From the sequence record OR608733.1: a DNA stretch of 64,000 nt; one strand, given 5' to 3'. Under the pieces are notes generated by a model that did no database searches, was not told the DNA's origin, and saw only the letters and a program-made list of their open reading frames with translations. Shown here piece after piece: positions 33,845 through 44,500 of the stretch (positions are counted from its first letter, which is position 1; the number at the start of each line of letters is the position of its first letter). A program made the translations under genes and the position numbers.

Positions 33845-34246
33845 ATGTCAAGAAAGTTCTTTCTAATACTCCTACCACTTATAAGTGGCTGTGTTTATAC
33901 GCCACATGAGTACCACACGCACAACACGACTGTGGTCCAATATGAACACTCCTCTTCTACAGATGATCATACATCTGTTGTTACAACTAAAGAAGAGGTA
34001 ATACAAAAAGTTCTGCCTACACCTAAAAAATATAGTAAGGATACTAGTAAGAAGTGTATGGTTTTCGAACTACCAAGAAAGAAACCGGTACCGCCAACAC
34101 CGATTATTACAGAGTTTATAGAAACTCCGGAACAAATCGATATCTTGTTGACTGACTATATAAAAGAATTAAAGTCACATATTGTATCTGAGCGCGCTAA
34201 AATTGAGCAAGCATATGAAGAATGGCGTGCAAAGTGTGATGAGTAA
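33845..34246 (+). CDS. Lipoprotein, o-spanin-like (~133 aa)
   Basis: Signal MSRKFFLILLPLISG|C with lipobox; Pro-rich KKPVPPTP; C-terminal helix ending in Cys. Confidence 0.7.
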   Translation: MSRKFFLILLPLISGCVYTPHEYHTHNTTVVQYEHSSSTDDHTSVVTTKEEVIQKVLPTPKKYSKDTSKKCMVFELPRKKPVPPTPIITEFIETPEQIDILLTDYIKELKSHIVSERAKIEQAYEEWRAKCDE

Positions 34247-34301
34247 TTTACTTGCTAGAATTATTATCTAGTTTAGTAATCGATCACATGAGGAAACAAT
34301 A

Positions 34302-35750
34302 ATGGCAGACGGTATGGTTTTATACACTGACGGATCATTCCGACAGGGTAAAGCTGGTTGGGGTATTCATGGTTATACCTATGAAAATGTTGCAATGAAA
34401 TCTAAAGCAGCCACCAAACAGCAACCAACAGCTAAGGGATACTTAGATGTAGGTGCAGATGAGACATGCACTGTTTTAAATTATATTGATGCATTTGGTA
34501 GTGTAACTAATAACCCTACTAATAATACAGGTGAGCTAACCGCTGCAATTGAGGCTTTCAAAATAGCTCATGAAGCAGATGCTCCTAGACTAACGATGCT
34601 CATGGATAGTGAATACGTTAGAAAAGGTATGACCGCATATTTACCCAAATGGATTAAGTCTAATTGGATTAAATCAGACGGCACGCCGGTAGCAAACCAG
34701 GACCTATGGAAACAGATGGTCGAACTAAAAGCTAAATGGGAAGAAACTAATAAACCATTAAGCATCCAATGGGTCCGTGGACATAACGGAGACATTGGTA
34801 ATGAAAAAGCTGATGCTAACGCTAAGCTTGGTTCGGGACAGAATAATGATAAGCCAGTGATGGTTTCGGTTAAAGGCGAGGAAATTAACAAACTTAAAAA
34901 ACAAGTTGTTAATCCACTTATCCTCGAAAGTAGGTTACTCTTCGCCATTAACTCTGGAGAAGAACCAGATGGGTTCTATTACACCTATAACTTAGGTCGT
35001 ATGCATAACTATGGTCATAAACCAAAAGACACTGCTAAAGATAAATTAGCTAAAGCTGATTTAATTTTAGGGCGTCGTATCTCTGAAGCAACCTTCAGTG
35101 TATATAAGGCAAATGAACCAGATGAGTATCTCCAGTTACTAATTAATATGCATACAGAAGCACTGGGTACTGAAAATCCAGAACTGGGTATCATCAATTT
35201 GGCAAACGCATATCGTGCAACCATTCGACAGAAAATTGAATCCATGGGGCTACCTGCTCTAGTCGTATGGAAAGATATCAATGTTTTGTCGACGCCAACA
35301 GATGAACTCATTAGTCGGACTCTTAATCCACCACGTATGGCAAATGATGCTGTAGCTACATTTAATGTTATGCGCAGTCGTCTTGAAGATTACTTGGCTG
35401 GTAAACTTGGAGAGTCGGTTGGTATTATTGATATTACCGAGCACTTCTTCGAGGAAGTCGCAAAGGGTAAGAAAGTTGGCTATCAACTACTTAAGACGAT
35501 TACATCTAATACAGGCTTTGTAGAAGTTCCGATCACATTTAAAGATCGTAAGATAAAATTAAAGCTTGTATTAAATATCGATATTCCAAGTAGAAACCAA
35601 TTAGCTCGTATTGGAGCTAATAAAGTTAAAATGGAAATTCTTGTAGTAGCTGAAGGCCCATATTCTTATTCATATTCAATTGTGTTCGTGACGGATGATG
35701 GTTCAGCTATCTATCAATCACCCTATACACAATTTATTCTCCCAAAATAG
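34302..35750 (+). CDS. rnhA: Ribonuclease HI with large C-terminal extension (482 aa)
   Basis: YTDGS, NNTGELTA, MDSEYV and HNGDIGNEKAD give the D-E-D-D tetrad; GAGGA RBS; synteny with phiKZ gp155. Confidence 0.88.
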   Translation: MADGMVLYTDGSFRQGKAGWGIHGYTYENVAMKSKAATKQQPTAKGYLDVGADETCTVLNYIDAFGSVTNNPTNNTGELTAAIEAFKIAHEADAPRLTMLMDSEYVRKGMTAYLPKWIKSNWIKSDGTPVANQDLWKQMVELKAKWEETNKPLSIQWVRGHNGDIGNEKADANAKLGSGQNNDKPVMVSVKGEEINKLKKQVVNPLILESRLLFAINSGEEPDGFYYTYNLGRMHNYGHKPKDTAKDKLAKADLILGRRISEATFSVYKANEPDEYLQLLINMHTEALGTENPELGIINLANAYRATIRQKIESMGLPALVVWKDINVLSTPTDELISRTLNPPRMANDAVATFNVMRSRLEDYLAGKLGESVGIIDITEHFFEEVAKGKKVGYQLLKTITSNTGFVEVPITFKDRKIKLKLVLNIDIPSRNQLARIGANKVKMEILVVAEGPYSYSYSIVFVTDDGSAIYQSPYTQFILPK

Positions 35751-35760
35751 TGGGTATTCC

Positions 35761-36180
35761 ATGAACCTTATTAGCAGATTCAAAAAGTCGGTTAAGAATG
35801 GTTTCAGGGCAATTTGGATTAAGCTCTGGGACTATGCTGATCCCGAACTAAAGCGGATGTGCGTCATGGCGTCACTGTACTCCGTTATAGTACAGTGTAA
35901 GACAAATGAGTGTGAAAAGATCTCTCATTTGAATTCTAACATGAAACTAGTACGCGATGAAGCTGCCTTACGACTCCCAATTCATTATGGGCCGTACGTA
36001 TGGAAAGGCGTGATAGCAATCGATAAGATTGATAAAGCAGATCTAACCACTGATCAATTTTTCATGAGGCTTATTCGTAAGACTCCGTGTTGGATGAAAT
36101 ATGCTGATGATGCAACTTTTTTAAAGGATTTGAAAACCCTCTTTAAATTAAGTTTACATGAGAAGTGTATTCCAAATTGA
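35761..36180 (+). CDS. Hypothetical protein, ~139 aa
   Basis: Open frame; ATG 35761 chosen after the RNase H stop (track start 35695). Confidence 0.65.
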   Translation: MNLISRFKKSVKNGFRAIWIKLWDYADPELKRMCVMASLYSVIVQCKTNECEKISHLNSNMKLVRDEAALRLPIHYGPYVWKGVIAIDKIDKADLTTDQFFMRLIRKTPCWMKYADDATFLKDLKTLFKLSLHEKCIPN

Positions 36181-36189
36181 TTGGTACGA

Positions 36190-36223
36190 CATAATGCCCT
36201 CTCCTTTTGGGAGAGGGCTTATG
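36190..36223. terminator. Conserved palindromic element / bidirectional terminator, copy 5
   Basis: CATAAT-GCCCTCTCC-ttttg-GGAGAGGGC-TTATG between convergent genes. Confidence 0.75.
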
Positions 36224-36226
36224 CTG

Positions 36227-37141
36227 TTATCCAATGATTTCACGAAGAATATCTTCAGTGGCTTTCATTGTGTTCGCAGTCTCAACAATCTTAGTAAAGA
36301 GTGTTGAATAACGTTCAACATGGTCTGCTGCCCATGTAACCCCTTCAATTAATGTCTGTAACAGCTCTGGAGAGGTGTCAGAGTTACTATCCTTAACATC
36401 CTCCATAAAGCTATCAATTAATTGACTAAGCGCTTCTGAAGCACGTTTTACATCATTTGGACGAACCCGTGATAAAATGCTACGAATATCGTTCATTTTC
36501 TTTGTTGCGTCAACAAATGAATTTAATGATGGGTAAAGCTTACCAAACTCAGCTGTACTTGACCGGTTGTCACTGTCATAGAAAGAAGCATCTTTAGCAA
36601 GATCATTGATCGATGCCATTGCAAATGAATTAGCAAAGCCACGCTTATCCATTCGATCAGCACGCTGTTGTAGATAATATCCAAGTTGTGCTTTAACCGG
36701 GTCTAATACCGCTGGAATAATAGTGGCCATTTCCTTAGCTTCTGTTAATAGATAATCAACATAGTCTGGAATCTCACCATTAAAACCAACTGGTTGTGGC
36801 ACGATTGTATTTGCTACTTCTAAATAATCAATGTGTGAAACTAAATGGCGCATCTGCGCTGGATGGAACTCAGGAATAATTTGATTACTCCAGTTAGTCA
36901 TCGACGTAAATGCATTACGAGCAGCGATAGCAAAATTAGCACCGCGTTTATTGATAATGTTAATAGCGTTTGTTGCGAAATTAGCTTCTTGAGAAATAGT
37001 CTCAGTAATATCTACAAGCTGTTGTTTTGGATCAACTTGTACTAAACTAATATCATCATTAACAATATTGTCAGATTCAATTAGATCCTGACAATCATTT
37101 TCTAGTGAAATACTTTTAGCGTATTTATGGATGTTAAACAT
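36227..37141 (-). CDS. Virion head protein (304 aa) with short propeptide
   Basis: S-L-E at residues 11-13 (protease motif); synteny with phiKZ gp153. Confidence 0.72.
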   Translation of the reverse strand: MFNIHKYAKSISLENDCQDLIESDNIVNDDISLVQVDPKQQLVDITETISQEANFATNAINIINKRGANFAIAARNAFTSMTNWSNQIIPEFHPAQMRHLVSHIDYLEVANTIVPQPVGFNGEIPDYVDYLLTEAKEMATIIPAVLDPVKAQLGYYLQQRADRMDKRGFANSFAMASINDLAKDASFYDSDNRSSTAEFGKLYPSLNSFVDATKKMNDIRSILSRVRPNDVKRASEALSQLIDSFMEDVKDSNSDTSPELLQTLIEGVTWAADHVERYSTLFTKIVETANTMKATEDILREIIG

Positions 37142-37183
37142 GTCTTAATTTCCTTGCGCAAGGATTGTTGAATATGTAGACAT

Positions 37184-37191
37184 AAAATTAC
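37184..37191 (+). promoter_or_regulatory. Possible middle-promoter element upstream of uvsX
   Basis: AAAATTAC resembles the recalled phiKZ middle motif AAanntTAC; short and weak evidence. Confidence 0.3.
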
Positions 37192-37238
37192 TCTCCAAAT
37201 CAATTAATTGACTGTTTAACTTAAAAAATGGAGTCAAC

Positions 37239-38678
37239 ATGTTTGGTAAACATTTCGAACGTCCAGCTTTCCGACCGGCTCTTAACATCGGATGCCTTAT
37301 GGACATTTCAACTGGTAAGTATGAACAAGGTAAGCATGGTGAAATGATTCTAAATGGTGGTATGGGATCACTAACTGGTATTGCTTCACGACCTAACAAT
37401 TTTAAAACTGCATTAGGTATCTACCTCATGGCAATGATGCGCCGTGCTTTCCCCGGTGCACATGCAATGACTTACGATACAGAAGGTACATTAAACCCAG
37501 GTGCTCGATTTACATCTTTAGCACAAGCTTATCCTGAGCTAGCTGCTATCGATTGGGAAAATGATGAGCAATACATGTTTACTGACTTATCTCGTTATAC
37601 TGGGGATGAGTGGTTCAAAATCTTCCGCGATGCATTATCTGAAAAAGAAAAGGCTGAAAAAGATTATCTACGTACTACCCCATTTCTTGATGTGAATGGT
37701 AATAATAAGAAAGCACTGTACCCAACTGGCGGGTTCATTGATAGTTTCTCAAAGTTCATTGTCTCAGCTGTGTCTGAAATGTATGCTAAAAATGCTATCG
37801 GTGATTCTAAAGTAAACACTGATGCAATGACTAATGGTAAAGCTAAGAATCAGTTATTTAACCAGCTACCGCAGATCTGTGCTAAAACCAGTACATACAT
37901 GATTCTCACTGCACACGTTGGAGATATCATTCAAATTGAGATGTACCCTACTGATAAACGTAATCTATCGCATATGAAGAAGGATACGGTTCTTAAAGGG
38001 GTGTCAGGTGGTTTCTACTCTCTACCGAATAATGTGTTTTCTATTGAATCTAATAAACCGTTAGTCAATAAAGAAAAAATGCCTTTATATCCAATTGACA
38101 ATTCAACTGCTATTGAAGGCGATACAGATCTACGTATTCTAGAAGTTATTAACTTACGTGGTAAAGGTGGAATTACTGGTCTACCATTCCATCTCATTGT
38201 TTCACAAACTGAAGGTATTCTTCCATCACTATCAGAATTCCATTATTGCCGTGAAAATGATTGGGGGATTGGTGGTAATAACATTAACTACTTCGTTGAG
38301 CTATGTCCTGATATCAAACTAAGTCGGACCACTGTTCGTAAGAAATTGATGGATAACCCTGCTCTACAACGAGCTGTTGAAATCCAATCTGAAATGCTAC
38401 AATTAATTCAATTCCAACGTTGGAATCTTGGAGATTATGTAGTAACGCCAGCTGAGCTATATGCTGATCTTAAAGTAATGGGTTATGATTGGGATATTAT
38501 TCTTAATAATACTCGTGGCTATTGGATGTTCGAAGAAGACGAACAGTTTAGTGATAAAAAATTCCTATCCACGTATGACCTACTACGTATGCGTAAAAGT
38601 GAATATAAACCATACTGGATGACTGACGAAGAAAAAGCTAAAATTGTACCTCTTGAACTAGCTAAAGCAAAAGCTTAA
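37239..38678 (+). CDS. uvsX: RecA/UvsX-like recombinase (479 aa)
   Basis: P-loop variant GIASRPNNFKT (UvsX-type FK[S/T]), YDTEG, IDSFS Walker B, LTAHVG; GGAG RBS. Confidence 0.82.
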   Translation: MFGKHFERPAFRPALNIGCLMDISTGKYEQGKHGEMILNGGMGSLTGIASRPNNFKTALGIYLMAMMRRAFPGAHAMTYDTEGTLNPGARFTSLAQAYPELAAIDWENDEQYMFTDLSRYTGDEWFKIFRDALSEKEKAEKDYLRTTPFLDVNGNNKKALYPTGGFIDSFSKFIVSAVSEMYAKNAIGDSKVNTDAMTNGKAKNQLFNQLPQICAKTSTYMILTAHVGDIIQIEMYPTDKRNLSHMKKDTVLKGVSGGFYSLPNNVFSIESNKPLVNKEKMPLYPIDNSTAIEGDTDLRILEVINLRGKGGITGLPFHLIVSQTEGILPSLSEFHYCRENDWGIGGNNINYFVELCPDIKLSRTTVRKKLMDNPALQRAVEIQSEMLQLIQFQRWNLGDYVVTPAELYADLKVMGYDWDIILNNTRGYWMFEEDEQFSDKKFLSTYDLLRMRKSEYKPYWMTDEEKAKIVPLELAKAKA

Positions 38679-38709
38679 TGTTAGTATAGATGTTATCGCC
38701 AGTTTCAAA

Positions 38710-38740
38710 ATAACTAGGGGTCAATAAGATCCCTAGTTAT
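38710..38740. terminator. Stem-loop after uvsX
   Basis: ATAACTAGGG-gtcaataagat-CCCTAGTTAT, a perfect 10-bp stem. Confidence 0.6.
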
Positions 38741-38754
38741 GTCAGGTTTGGTAT

Positions 38755-39105
38755 ATGAATGTTTACACTTATCAGATAGCTAAATATAAGTTAGTTATAG
38801 AGAAAGGAATAAAACCTCTAGACATAACTGTTAAATCAGGTGCGTATCAACTCGCACCTACTTGGTTAATGGTTATGGGACATAAGAAAGGAATTATATC
38901 AGATGATGAATACACTGAAGCATATCTCAGTATGTTAGAGCAATCATTGATTGATAATCCAGAATTCTTTAAATGGTTCTTCCAATTAGAGGAAGTAGCA
39001 TTAGGTTGTTATTGTCGCGCTGGTAATTTCTGTCACCGGCATTTATTAGTAGAATGGCTTGAAACAAAAACAGAGGTCATTTACTGTGGTGAGATATCAA
39101 AGTAA
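38755..39105 (+). CDS. DUF488-like protein (116 aa)
   Basis: VALGCYCRAGNFCHRHLL (C-x6-CHR) and an N-terminal DITVKSG..LAPTW pattern typical of DUF488-like proteins. Confidence 0.62.
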   Translation: MNVYTYQIAKYKLVIEKGIKPLDITVKSGAYQLAPTWLMVMGHKKGIISDDEYTEAYLSMLEQSLIDNPEFFKWFFQLEEVALGCYCRAGNFCHRHLLVEWLETKTEVIYCGEISK

Positions 39106-39128
39106 AATAAAGACCCTAAGGAACTATA

Positions 39129-39449
39129 ATGAAAACTACAGAAGATTATCGTTTAACACTTTGTCAACGTCTACGAATGTTTGATGTTGAACTATCAGAA
39201 GATCTATTACGTCGATTACCAGTGTGTACAGACGTACCCACTTTATCAGCTTGCTTTCAGCAACTATTAGCTCAATACCCTAGTCAGACATTGACAGCTA
39301 GAACCACCATTGATGATTCAGTCACCTTTGAAGTATGGTATGCTAATTTTCTAGCCAATATATTACCAATTCTTAAGAGGCATAGGTTACCACCATGTAC
39401 TGACCAGAATTCAATACCTGTCTATCAAGGGGTATCTCGCTCAAGCTAA
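39129..39449 (+). CDS. Hypothetical protein (106 aa)
   Basis: AAGGA RBS, open frame. Confidence 0.65.
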   Translation: MKTTEDYRLTLCQRLRMFDVELSEDLLRRLPVCTDVPTLSACFQQLLAQYPSQTLTARTTIDDSVTFEVWYANFLANILPILKRHRLPPCTDQNSIPVYQGVSRSS

Positions 39450-39481
39450 TGGTATGTTAAACAACCTTAGAGGAAATTACC

Positions 39482-40156
39482 ATGACTAAACGAGAATTGG
39501 TAGAAAAAGAATGCCTATGGATTATTGACATGTTTCTACCTGGTAGTAGTAATGTTGATATCTATAAAGAAATGTTTGCACGAATGAATGATGAGGAATT
39601 TGAGGAGTGGATTAATAAGTTAGATTCTGGTGAAGAGATGTTGGCATTATATGCTCCTAACTTATGCACTAAGCCTAAATTAACTATTAAGCAAAATTAT
39701 AAAGTTGCTAAAGCGATTGGTCATAATTTATTCCAACACATCATTTTAACTGATCCAGGTACTGGCCAGGTATATCGAACTGCTAATAAACATTTAGTTG
39801 GTTTAATACCAATTCGTCGTCAAGTACAAATGCTTGAGAAAAAGAAAAGTATTCCAGGTTCTAGTCACGTGATTGACCAGAGGTCAGGGCAGGTAACTGG
39901 TGATTCTAAAGGATCACGTATGTCTGCACCAGAGATTCAAGTTAACGCTTCAAAAGGTCTCCGTTATTCCATGATCGAATTCATGAAACTGCGTGGTGGC
40001 GACCAGAAGGCGTATAATGCAATGAACCGCTCTATTATCGAAACTGGTAGTGCTTCTGTTGATTCCATCATGTCCACTTATGATACTACTGTGCAATCTA
40101 ATAAAACATTTGCATGTTATCTAAAAGGCATGATGCTACAAAATAACTTGGTGTAA
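39482..40156 (+). CDS. gp149: Virion RNA polymerase beta-like subunit, C-terminal fragment (224 aa)
   Basis: GDSKGSRMSAPEIQV..LRYSMIEFMKLRGGD parallels the beta C-terminus GGQRFGEMEV..LQEMLTVKSDD; AGAGGA RBS. Confidence 0.82.
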   Translation: MTKRELVEKECLWIIDMFLPGSSNVDIYKEMFARMNDEEFEEWINKLDSGEEMLALYAPNLCTKPKLTIKQNYKVAKAIGHNLFQHIILTDPGTGQVYRTANKHLVGLIPIRRQVQMLEKKKSIPGSSHVIDQRSGQVTGDSKGSRMSAPEIQVNASKGLRYSMIEFMKLRGGDQKAYNAMNRSIIETGSASVDSIMSTYDTTVQSNKTFACYLKGMMLQNNLV

Positions 40157-40158
40157 TT

Positions 40159-40665
40159 ATGAATAATCGCCAGATTTATGAAGATATGTGCGAAGCTTTA
40201 ATTGTATCTAATACTGAGTTAGTAAATGGATACAGTGCTGAAATCATTGCGGATATTTTGGATTTACTAAATAACTGGAGTACCAATACTCATTGGTATC
40301 ACATTGCTGATAAAACAGTTATTAGGGATATCTGGAATTTATTCCGTAATAAAGGTAATCGTCTTCAACCTATCTTAAGTTTAGTTAGTCGATTTAAAAT
40401 GGCTGTTAATGATTGGGATGGTGTGGTGGAATTACTAGCTAATTCTATTTATCCTTATCAATCTAATTCAACTATTGTTGACCAAGAAATGTTAGCGCGA
40501 TTAATTCCACGAAAAGAATTAACTGACATTTTATACCAAAATGATTGGTTAGTTTGGATTATTTGCCAATGTTTAAATATCCGTTATATTACTAATCTAG
40601 TTGAATCTATCCCAGTTCAAGCTAAGCCATCTAAAAAGAAGGCGGTAAATAATAATGTTTCGTAA
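40159..40665 (+). CDS. Hypothetical protein (168 aa)
   Basis: Open frame coupled to gp149. Confidence 0.7.
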   Translation: MNNRQIYEDMCEALIVSNTELVNGYSAEIIADILDLLNNWSTNTHWYHIADKTVIRDIWNLFRNKGNRLQPILSLVSRFKMAVNDWDGVVELLANSIYPYQSNSTIVDQEMLARLIPRKELTDILYQNDWLVWIICQCLNIRYITNLVESIPVQAKPSKKKAVNNNVS

Positions 40666-41371
40666 AATCTTAATTGATCTTGACTCACTATTAGATACAC
40701 GATTAGGAACCATTAGGTTACTAAATAAAGATGCAGCTAATAAGCTTGTTACCAATGGTCAAATTTACTGGCATAGGGAAATGGATGATTGGACTAAACT
40801 AACAGATGGTTTAGTAACTAATGAACAATTTGTCGAAGCTTATTCTAAACGTGGTGGTGAAAATACTGCTGACACTATCAATAGTTCTATATTCACTGGT
40901 ATCATTCCATTTATTATTCAATTAATAGCCCAATCAGATTTGAATAGATTAGATGGTATAATTAATGCTAATTTTGAAACATGTCTTGAAGTCAATATCT
41001 GGCCATATGAATTGACACCAGATGCTCAAGATGAATTACTATACTGCTTACATAAGTACATTGGTGATCATATTCAGATCACCCTGATTAATACTCCATT
41101 AACAGACCTTACTTGTTCTAGATTAAACTCTATCTATTCAATGGCGATTATGTATAATTTTGGAGAATGGTGTAAAACCCATGTTCTTGAATTAGGACAA
41201 GTGTTGATGCCTGACTTTACTATTATTGGTCCAAAACTATTTGAGAAAGATGTAAGTGAATTAGCTGTTGAAGATAAACAGTTTATTATCATGGATTTCC
41301 AGTTAAAGCATAAACTTAATATCGACTTTGATTTCATCGATGCTGAATACTTTTCCATGTTTAAGCCATGA
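40655..41371 (+). CDS. Hypothetical protein, possible HAD-like fold (238 aa)
   Basis: N-terminal KILIDLDSLL (hhhDxD) motif; the other HAD motifs are not evident. Confidence 0.6.
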   Translation: MFRKILIDLDSLLDTRLGTIRLLNKDAANKLVTNGQIYWHREMDDWTKLTDGLVTNEQFVEAYSKRGGENTADTINSSIFTGIIPFIIQLIAQSDLNRLDGIINANFETCLEVNIWPYELTPDAQDELLYCLHKYIGDHIQITLINTPLTDLTCSRLNSIYSMAIMYNFGEWCKTHVLELGQVLMPDFTIIGPKLFEKDVSELAVEDKQFIIMDFQLKHKLNIDFDFIDAEYFSMFKP

Positions 41372-41377
41372 TACCCA

Positions 41378-41404
41378 ATAGAAAGCCCTAATAGGGCTTT
41401 CTAT
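41378..41404 (+). terminator. Intrinsic terminator
   Basis: ATAGAAAGCCCT-aat-AGGGCTTTCTAT followed by GCTTTTTTT. Confidence 0.75.
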
Positions 41405-41472
41405 GCTTTTTTTAGATATAACTGGTACGATGGTATGGTTAATAATGAATCAATCTTAAAAGACAAAATAAA

Positions 41473-41492
41473 GCCCTCCCCGAAGGGAGGGC
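41473..41492 (-). terminator. Intrinsic terminator of the same GCCCTCCC family, UUCG loop
   Basis: Minus strand GCCCTCCC-ttcg-GGGAGGGC then TTTATTTT, just after gp146. Confidence 0.78.
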
Positions 41493-41503
41493 AATATGTC
41501 ATT

Positions 41504-44500
41504 TTAAATAACAGCACCTTTGGAAACTATCCAGTTAGTACCATCCCATAAGAGGGTGAGAACTGTTTTAGTATCACCTAGGTCATCTACTATTACTGGA
41601 GTACCATTGTTCCACTGTAGCACTGCACTAGACAGTGTTGGCATAGCTACCTTACCAAGCAATACAAGAACAGCTGTGATCATGCGATCAACAGGTCCAT
41701 TCTCTAGTGTAATGGTTTGGTTAGCAGCAGTTTGAACCCTATAGCACTGCTGGTTAGCAGGTGTTATAGTCAGAGCTGTACCAGTGAATGTACTTGATTT
41801 TAGGCTATATGCATCGAATGATTTATCTAGCTTCTTCCAAGTAATATTAGTACCAGTACGGCTACGTAGCCAATCACCATCAGCGGTTACATCATTATTC
41901 GGACCTTGGAATAGAGTCCATGATTTAGCCGCAGCATTACGTAGGAATAGTTGTCCACTAGTAGCATCAGCTTGATCAACTATAATAGTTACAGGTGTCC
42001 ATTTAGAACCACTAGCTGTTTTCTCACGTACATAGTTAGTGCCATTAGCACCTTCACTAGGTACTTCACCAATAACTGCGGCTGGTACAGCTACCCATTC
42101 ACCATTTTGCATACCCATTAGAGTATCATCGGTTTGCAGAGGTGCTACATCAACCCAGTTACCAGCTACACGACCTTGAGGCTTAGTAGCTTGTGCAGTA
42201 TCGCGTACTACATCTGAAGGAATTTCTGGGAATGTAATGGTAGCCCATTCAGTTTCACCCCCTGCAATACCTTTACGAACGTATTGTGCATTAACAACTG
42301 GACTAGGTACAGCATCAATGGCAGGTGTTGGTAATTCAATAGCAGTCCATTCAACAGCCCCGTCAGCGGTTGCTTTACGGCGACCATAGAAGACACCTAC
42401 TTCAGCATCTACCACCTCATCAACAGGTAGTTCAGTCCAACCGAGTTTGTACCGAACCATTTTCTTATCGACATCTTCTGGATCGACTTCACTAACTGGA
42501 ACTGACATTAATTTGTAGAATACAACCCAGTTAGCATCTTTATACCAAACGGTACCAGTTTTGTCGATACACCAGTCACCACGATTACCATCGATAGAAG
42601 TGGGTGCAGTTTGACCTTCAGGTAGAATTACCCAAGAGGATCCACGTTCACCTTTCTGACCGGTTTTACCAGGGATACCTGGAACACCTTGTTTACCTTC
42701 AGGACCTTCAGGACCCTGCGGACCCATGGCTAAGACACCTAGGCTTTCCCAAGTAAATGTACCTTCAGTATCGATACTTACAAATACTTCTACTTGTCCT
42801 TCAGTATTGGTGCGAATGGCAATACCTTTACCTACGTTATCAGCAGATGCTACTGGTTTACCAGCATCATCACCAACATAGATAATTAATAGACCACCAC
42901 CTTGTTTACCTTCAGGACCTTGTGGGCCTTCGACACCCTGGATACCCTGCTCACCATTTAGATTAATTGGGCCGATATAGCCATCAATTTCCTGACCTTG
43001 GTAAGTATAGAGCATTGTACCTTCGTTAGTTTCAACCCAGTATGAATCACCAGTTACTAAGTCAGGATCAGTGTCTTTCTTTGGTAGTTGTGAAGCATCG
43101 GTTAAAACACCTTTAATGTTTAAACCTTCACCCGGTTTACCTTGCGGACCTGCCATAATACCAATGCTAGTCCAGCGACTACCGTCCATGTTAACAAATA
43201 CTTCGCCCGTGGACTTAACAGTATATGCTTTCCATTGGTTATCGGCAAGTGCTTCTGGTGGGGTATCTTCAGGAGTGTCAATCGCTGCGATGATCTGGAT
43301 AGGTTCACCAGCGGGACCTTGTGGGCCTTCTGGTCCCTCGGGTCCTTCTGGTCCCTGATCACCGTCTTTACCAGGCGCGCCATCTTCACCTTTAGGACCT
43401 CGATGTGTACCACTATTTACCCAATTACCATCTATCTTAACAAATAAGGTAGATGTGTCTTGTGTGAAGTACGCTGCCTGATCAGGAGCATCTGCCGGCA
43501 GGGCTGCCTCATTGGCAACAGCACCAGTAATAACTACGTTCTTACCATGTAGACTGATTAACCATTCACCCTCAGTACCAGTGAAGCCATTGTCCAATGC
43601 TACTTGGAAAGCCGATTTACCTTGTGCCCCTGGTTCACCAGGTAGACCTTGTTCGCCATCTTCACCTTGCGGACCTTCAGGGCCCTGCGGGCCACGGAAT
43701 GAACCCATGGCTGTCCATGAGATATCAACAGTCGGATCTTGGCCAGTCAGTACATAAACCGTATTGGTGGAACGTACTGAAACACCTTGGTATTGTTCTA
43801 CACCAGTGGTGGTTAATAGATCATCAGCAGTTTCAACTGCTTTAACTACTTCTAAGTTACGACCTTGTGGACCAGGTTCACCTTGTTTACCATCGGGACC
43901 CGGATCACCTGTATTACCTGGTTTACCTTGTGGGCCCTCAGGGCCTTGGAAAGTACCTAGGTCTGACCATGCCCCTTTTACAAAGATGAATAGATGTTCT
44001 GGTTTACCAGCTTCCATAGTAACTAAGTATGCTTCTGATTCTTTAGCTACAGATGGATCAGGTAAATCAGCTGGTGATGGTAGTGAATCCTTAATGGTAA
44101 ACGGCATTGCTGGTTCACCCTGAGGACCTTCAGGACCAATTTCACCATCTTTACCTTGCGGACCCTCAGGGCCCTCAGGTCCACGTTCACCCTGTGGTGT
44201 AACTGGGAACCAATCATAGTCATCAATAGTTGGATTCTCTGGCGGATTATTACCTGAGATAAGCATCCACGCCCAGAGTTGATTATTCCATGAATAAGCA
44301 TCTCCAGGTTTATTACTTTCAGTCTTAGGTAATTCTAAGTTATTAGGCCAACGACCACGGATAACTAGACCAGTACCATCTGGACCACGAAGTGAACCTG
44401 TTTCAACCCAACGACCTTTTACAGGGGGGTCTTCATTACCTAGCGGTGATTCCCACACCCATAGCCGATCTTCAACGAACCAAGCATCACCGACATTATG

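Noticed and set aside
37145-37399. 84-aa minus-strand ORF overlapping the uvsX start
   Set aside because: Antisense overlap with a conserved gene and its promoter region; no supporting RBS.
40655-41371. Confident call as a HAD phosphatase
   Set aside because: Only motif I (DxD) is visible, so it is kept as hypothetical.
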